A stretch of DNA of 64,000 nucleotides from an uncultured Candidatus Saccharibacteria bacterium (GTDB lineage Bacteria; Patescibacteriota; UBA1384; JACPKC01). The DNA is taken from positions 89,653 to 153,652 of the forward strand of contig CAYRGD010000001.1 in assembly GCA_964423885.1 (NCBI GenBank), in the 5' to 3' direction. The stretch's first letter is position 1, and every line of letters starts with the position of its first letter. The position numbers and the translations under genes were made by a program. Below the pieces are notes generated by a model. That model saw nothing but the letters and a program-made list of their open reading frames with translations, was not told where the DNA came from and ran no database searches. Shown piece after piece: positions 62,621 through 64,000 of this stretch.

Positions 62621-63751
62621 ATGAAGATCGTCTTGGTGACCGAGGCGTACCATCCCATTGCGAACGGGGTGGTGCATACGGTCGAACTGCAGGCGCACGA
62701 GCTGGTCCGCCAAGGCCATACCGTGCATATCATCTCCCCTACCAGTACCACGCCGGCGCCGCCCTACGTGCATCGGGTTCCCTCGATCGCGTTGCCGGGC
62801 GGGATCGGCTACACCGTGGCGTTCCCGTTTCTGGGCGCGGCCGCGTTGATCCAAGCTGCGGATATCGTGCACACGCACCATCCGTTCCTGCTCGGGTATT
62901 GGGCGCGGCTGGTGGCTCGGCGGCATAACAAGCCGTTCGTGTTTACGAACCACACGCAATACCTGAAGTACCTCCACTATGTCCCGACGGTCGGCCGACT
63001 GTTACAGACGCCCTTGCGTTCGTACGTCGCGTCGTTCGCCAACGGCTGCACGCTGGTGCTCGCACCAGCCCGCGGCATGGCGCGGTCGCTCGAGGCGCTC
63101 GGCGTGTCGCGCCCGATCGTCATCGTGCCAAACGGTATCGACCCACGGCGGTATACGGGGCGCGACAAGCGGGCGGCACGCACAAGGTTGGGTATCGCGC
63201 CGAACCAGTGCGTGATCCTCTTCGTCGGCAGGCTCGGGAAAGAAAAGCGCGTCCACGACTTGCTTGAGGCATTCGCCGCGCTGCCTGTTTCCTGCGGGCT
63301 TGTCTTGGCGGGCGATGGGCCGTTGCGGCACGAGCTGGAATCCCTGGCGGCGGCGCTCGGCGTCGGTAATAGGGTCCGGTTCCTTGGCGCGGTGCCCTAC
63401 GACCTCATGCCCGATGTCTACGCATGCGCCGATATGTTCGGGATCGCATCGGACAGCGAAGTCCATCCGCTCGTCGTCCTCGAAGCCCAGGCTTCGGGGT
63501 TGCCTGTGGTAGCGGTTCCCGGGCCTGGGGCCGCGGAACTTGTCGACCACGACGGCACCGGCCTTATCGCCGGTCCGGATACCGAATCGTTCGCGGGTGC
63601 GCTTCGTCGGCTGGCGTCGTCGCCTGAGTTGCGGCGCTACCTTGGCACCGCGGGTGCGAGGCAGGCCTCACGGTTCGGCATTGAACGCTCAACGACGCAA
63701 CTGCTCGACGCATACCGGACTGCTGCCGGCAGGATCGGATATCCTCTCTGA
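62621..63751 (+). CDS. GT4-family (GT-B fold) glycosyltransferase
   Basis: N-terminus MKIVLVTEAYHPIANGVVHTV. C-terminal EX7E-like region FGIASDSEVHPLVVLEAQASGLPVVA. 376 aa. Confidence 0.8.
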   Translation: MKIVLVTEAYHPIANGVVHTVELQAHELVRQGHTVHIISPTSTTPAPPYVHRVPSIALPGGIGYTVAFPFLGAAALIQAADIVHTHHPFLLGYWARLVARRHNKPFVFTNHTQYLKYLHYVPTVGRLLQTPLRSYVASFANGCTLVLAPARGMARSLEALGVSRPIVIVPNGIDPRRYTGRDKRAARTRLGIAPNQCVILFVGRLGKEKRVHDLLEAFAALPVSCGLVLAGDGPLRHELESLAAALGVGNRVRFLGAVPYDLMPDVYACADMFGIASDSEVHPLVVLEAQASGLPVVAVPGPGAAELVDHDGTGLIAGPDTESFAGALRRLASSPELRRYLGTAGARQASRFGIERSTTQLLDAYRTAAGRIGYPL

Positions 63752-63754
63752 CAG

Positions 63755-63785
63755 ACTGCCAGTTTCCTGGCAGTCTTTTTTCTTT
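63755..63785. terminator. bidirectional rho-independent terminator (AGACTGCCAGtttccTGGCAGTCT + TTTTTTC)
   Basis: Perfect 10-bp stem with a T-run. Sits between convergent genes. Confidence 0.6.
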
Positions 63786-63793
63786 CGTCCGGC

Positions 63794-64000
63794 TTACTGG
63801 CTGACGACCGATACCTCGGGCGGAGCGACCTCGAACCAGATCTGGCCGCGGTCGAACGCGAGTTCTGCGCCGTCGGCTCCGTAGAGCTTGAGCATCTCGC
63901 CCTGCGACGGTTTTTTCCACGTGGCTTCGATCGTTTGGCCGTCGCGGAAGAGGGTCGCCTTGCCCGAGCCTTCGGTGGTCATGAACCACTCCCCTTTCCC
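63794..64000 (-). CDS. 3' end of a gene running off the window (hypothetical; C-terminal ...TLFRDGQTIEATWKKPSQGEMLKLYGADGAELAFDRGQIWFEVAPPEVSVVSQ)
   Basis: An ORF is open to the window edge. Only the C-terminus is visible. Confidence 0.4.
   Translation of the reverse strand, partial: GKGEWFMTTEGSGKATLFRDGQTIEATWKKPSQGEMLKLYGADGAELAFDRGQIWFEVAPPEVSVVSQ

Noticed and set aside
1-64000. Mobile elements (IS, integrase, transposase) and CRISPR arrays
   Set aside because: No transposase, integrase or cas-like translation appears in any frame, and no terminal inverted repeats flank candidate islands. Only the lower-GC impression at 57.9-61.6 kb hints at horizontal acquisition.

Overview
This is a 64-kb, gene-dense stretch of a high-GC (about 60-65% by eye) bacterial chromosome with no obvious transposases, integrases or CRISPR arrays. 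Most genes are housekeeping and sit on the minus strand with frequent start/stop overlaps: rplJ-rplL, an odd tRNA, tgt, secDF, manC, dcd, gmk, a UvrD-type helicase-nuclease, mazG, trxA, nrdR-nrdJ, ftsA-ftsZ, ybeY-yqeY-rpsU and rarA. The standout is a 21-kb block at 20.2-41.3 kb of eight co-oriented, tightly packed paralogous genes. Each encodes an ~870-aa secreted protein with a conserved N-terminal domain, a variable run of SBBP-type beta-propeller repeats and a conserved ~165-aa C-terminal domain ending in an aromatic residue. Several copies are ~85-90% identical at the DNA level, so this looks like an expanding surface-protein family, and it is the best candidate for an undescribed system. 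Three secondary oddities follow. At 2.9-8.2 kb there is a translationally coupled pair of paralogous membrane-anchored FtsK/HerA/TraD-superfamily ATPases with an unrecognised N-terminal domain. The tRNA at 1208-1286 has normal acceptor, D and T arms but a 20-nt anticodon arm. At 49.3-50.7 kb two paralogous genes, the longer one with HhH motifs, are each preceded by an exact 26-nt hairpin copy. The region downstream of ftsZ and around rarA (57.9-61.6 kb) looks lower in GC and carries small unknown genes plus a frameshifted XRE regulator. ORF-track coordinates were used for gene ends; starts were re-derived from the sequence and may be off by 1-2 nt in places.
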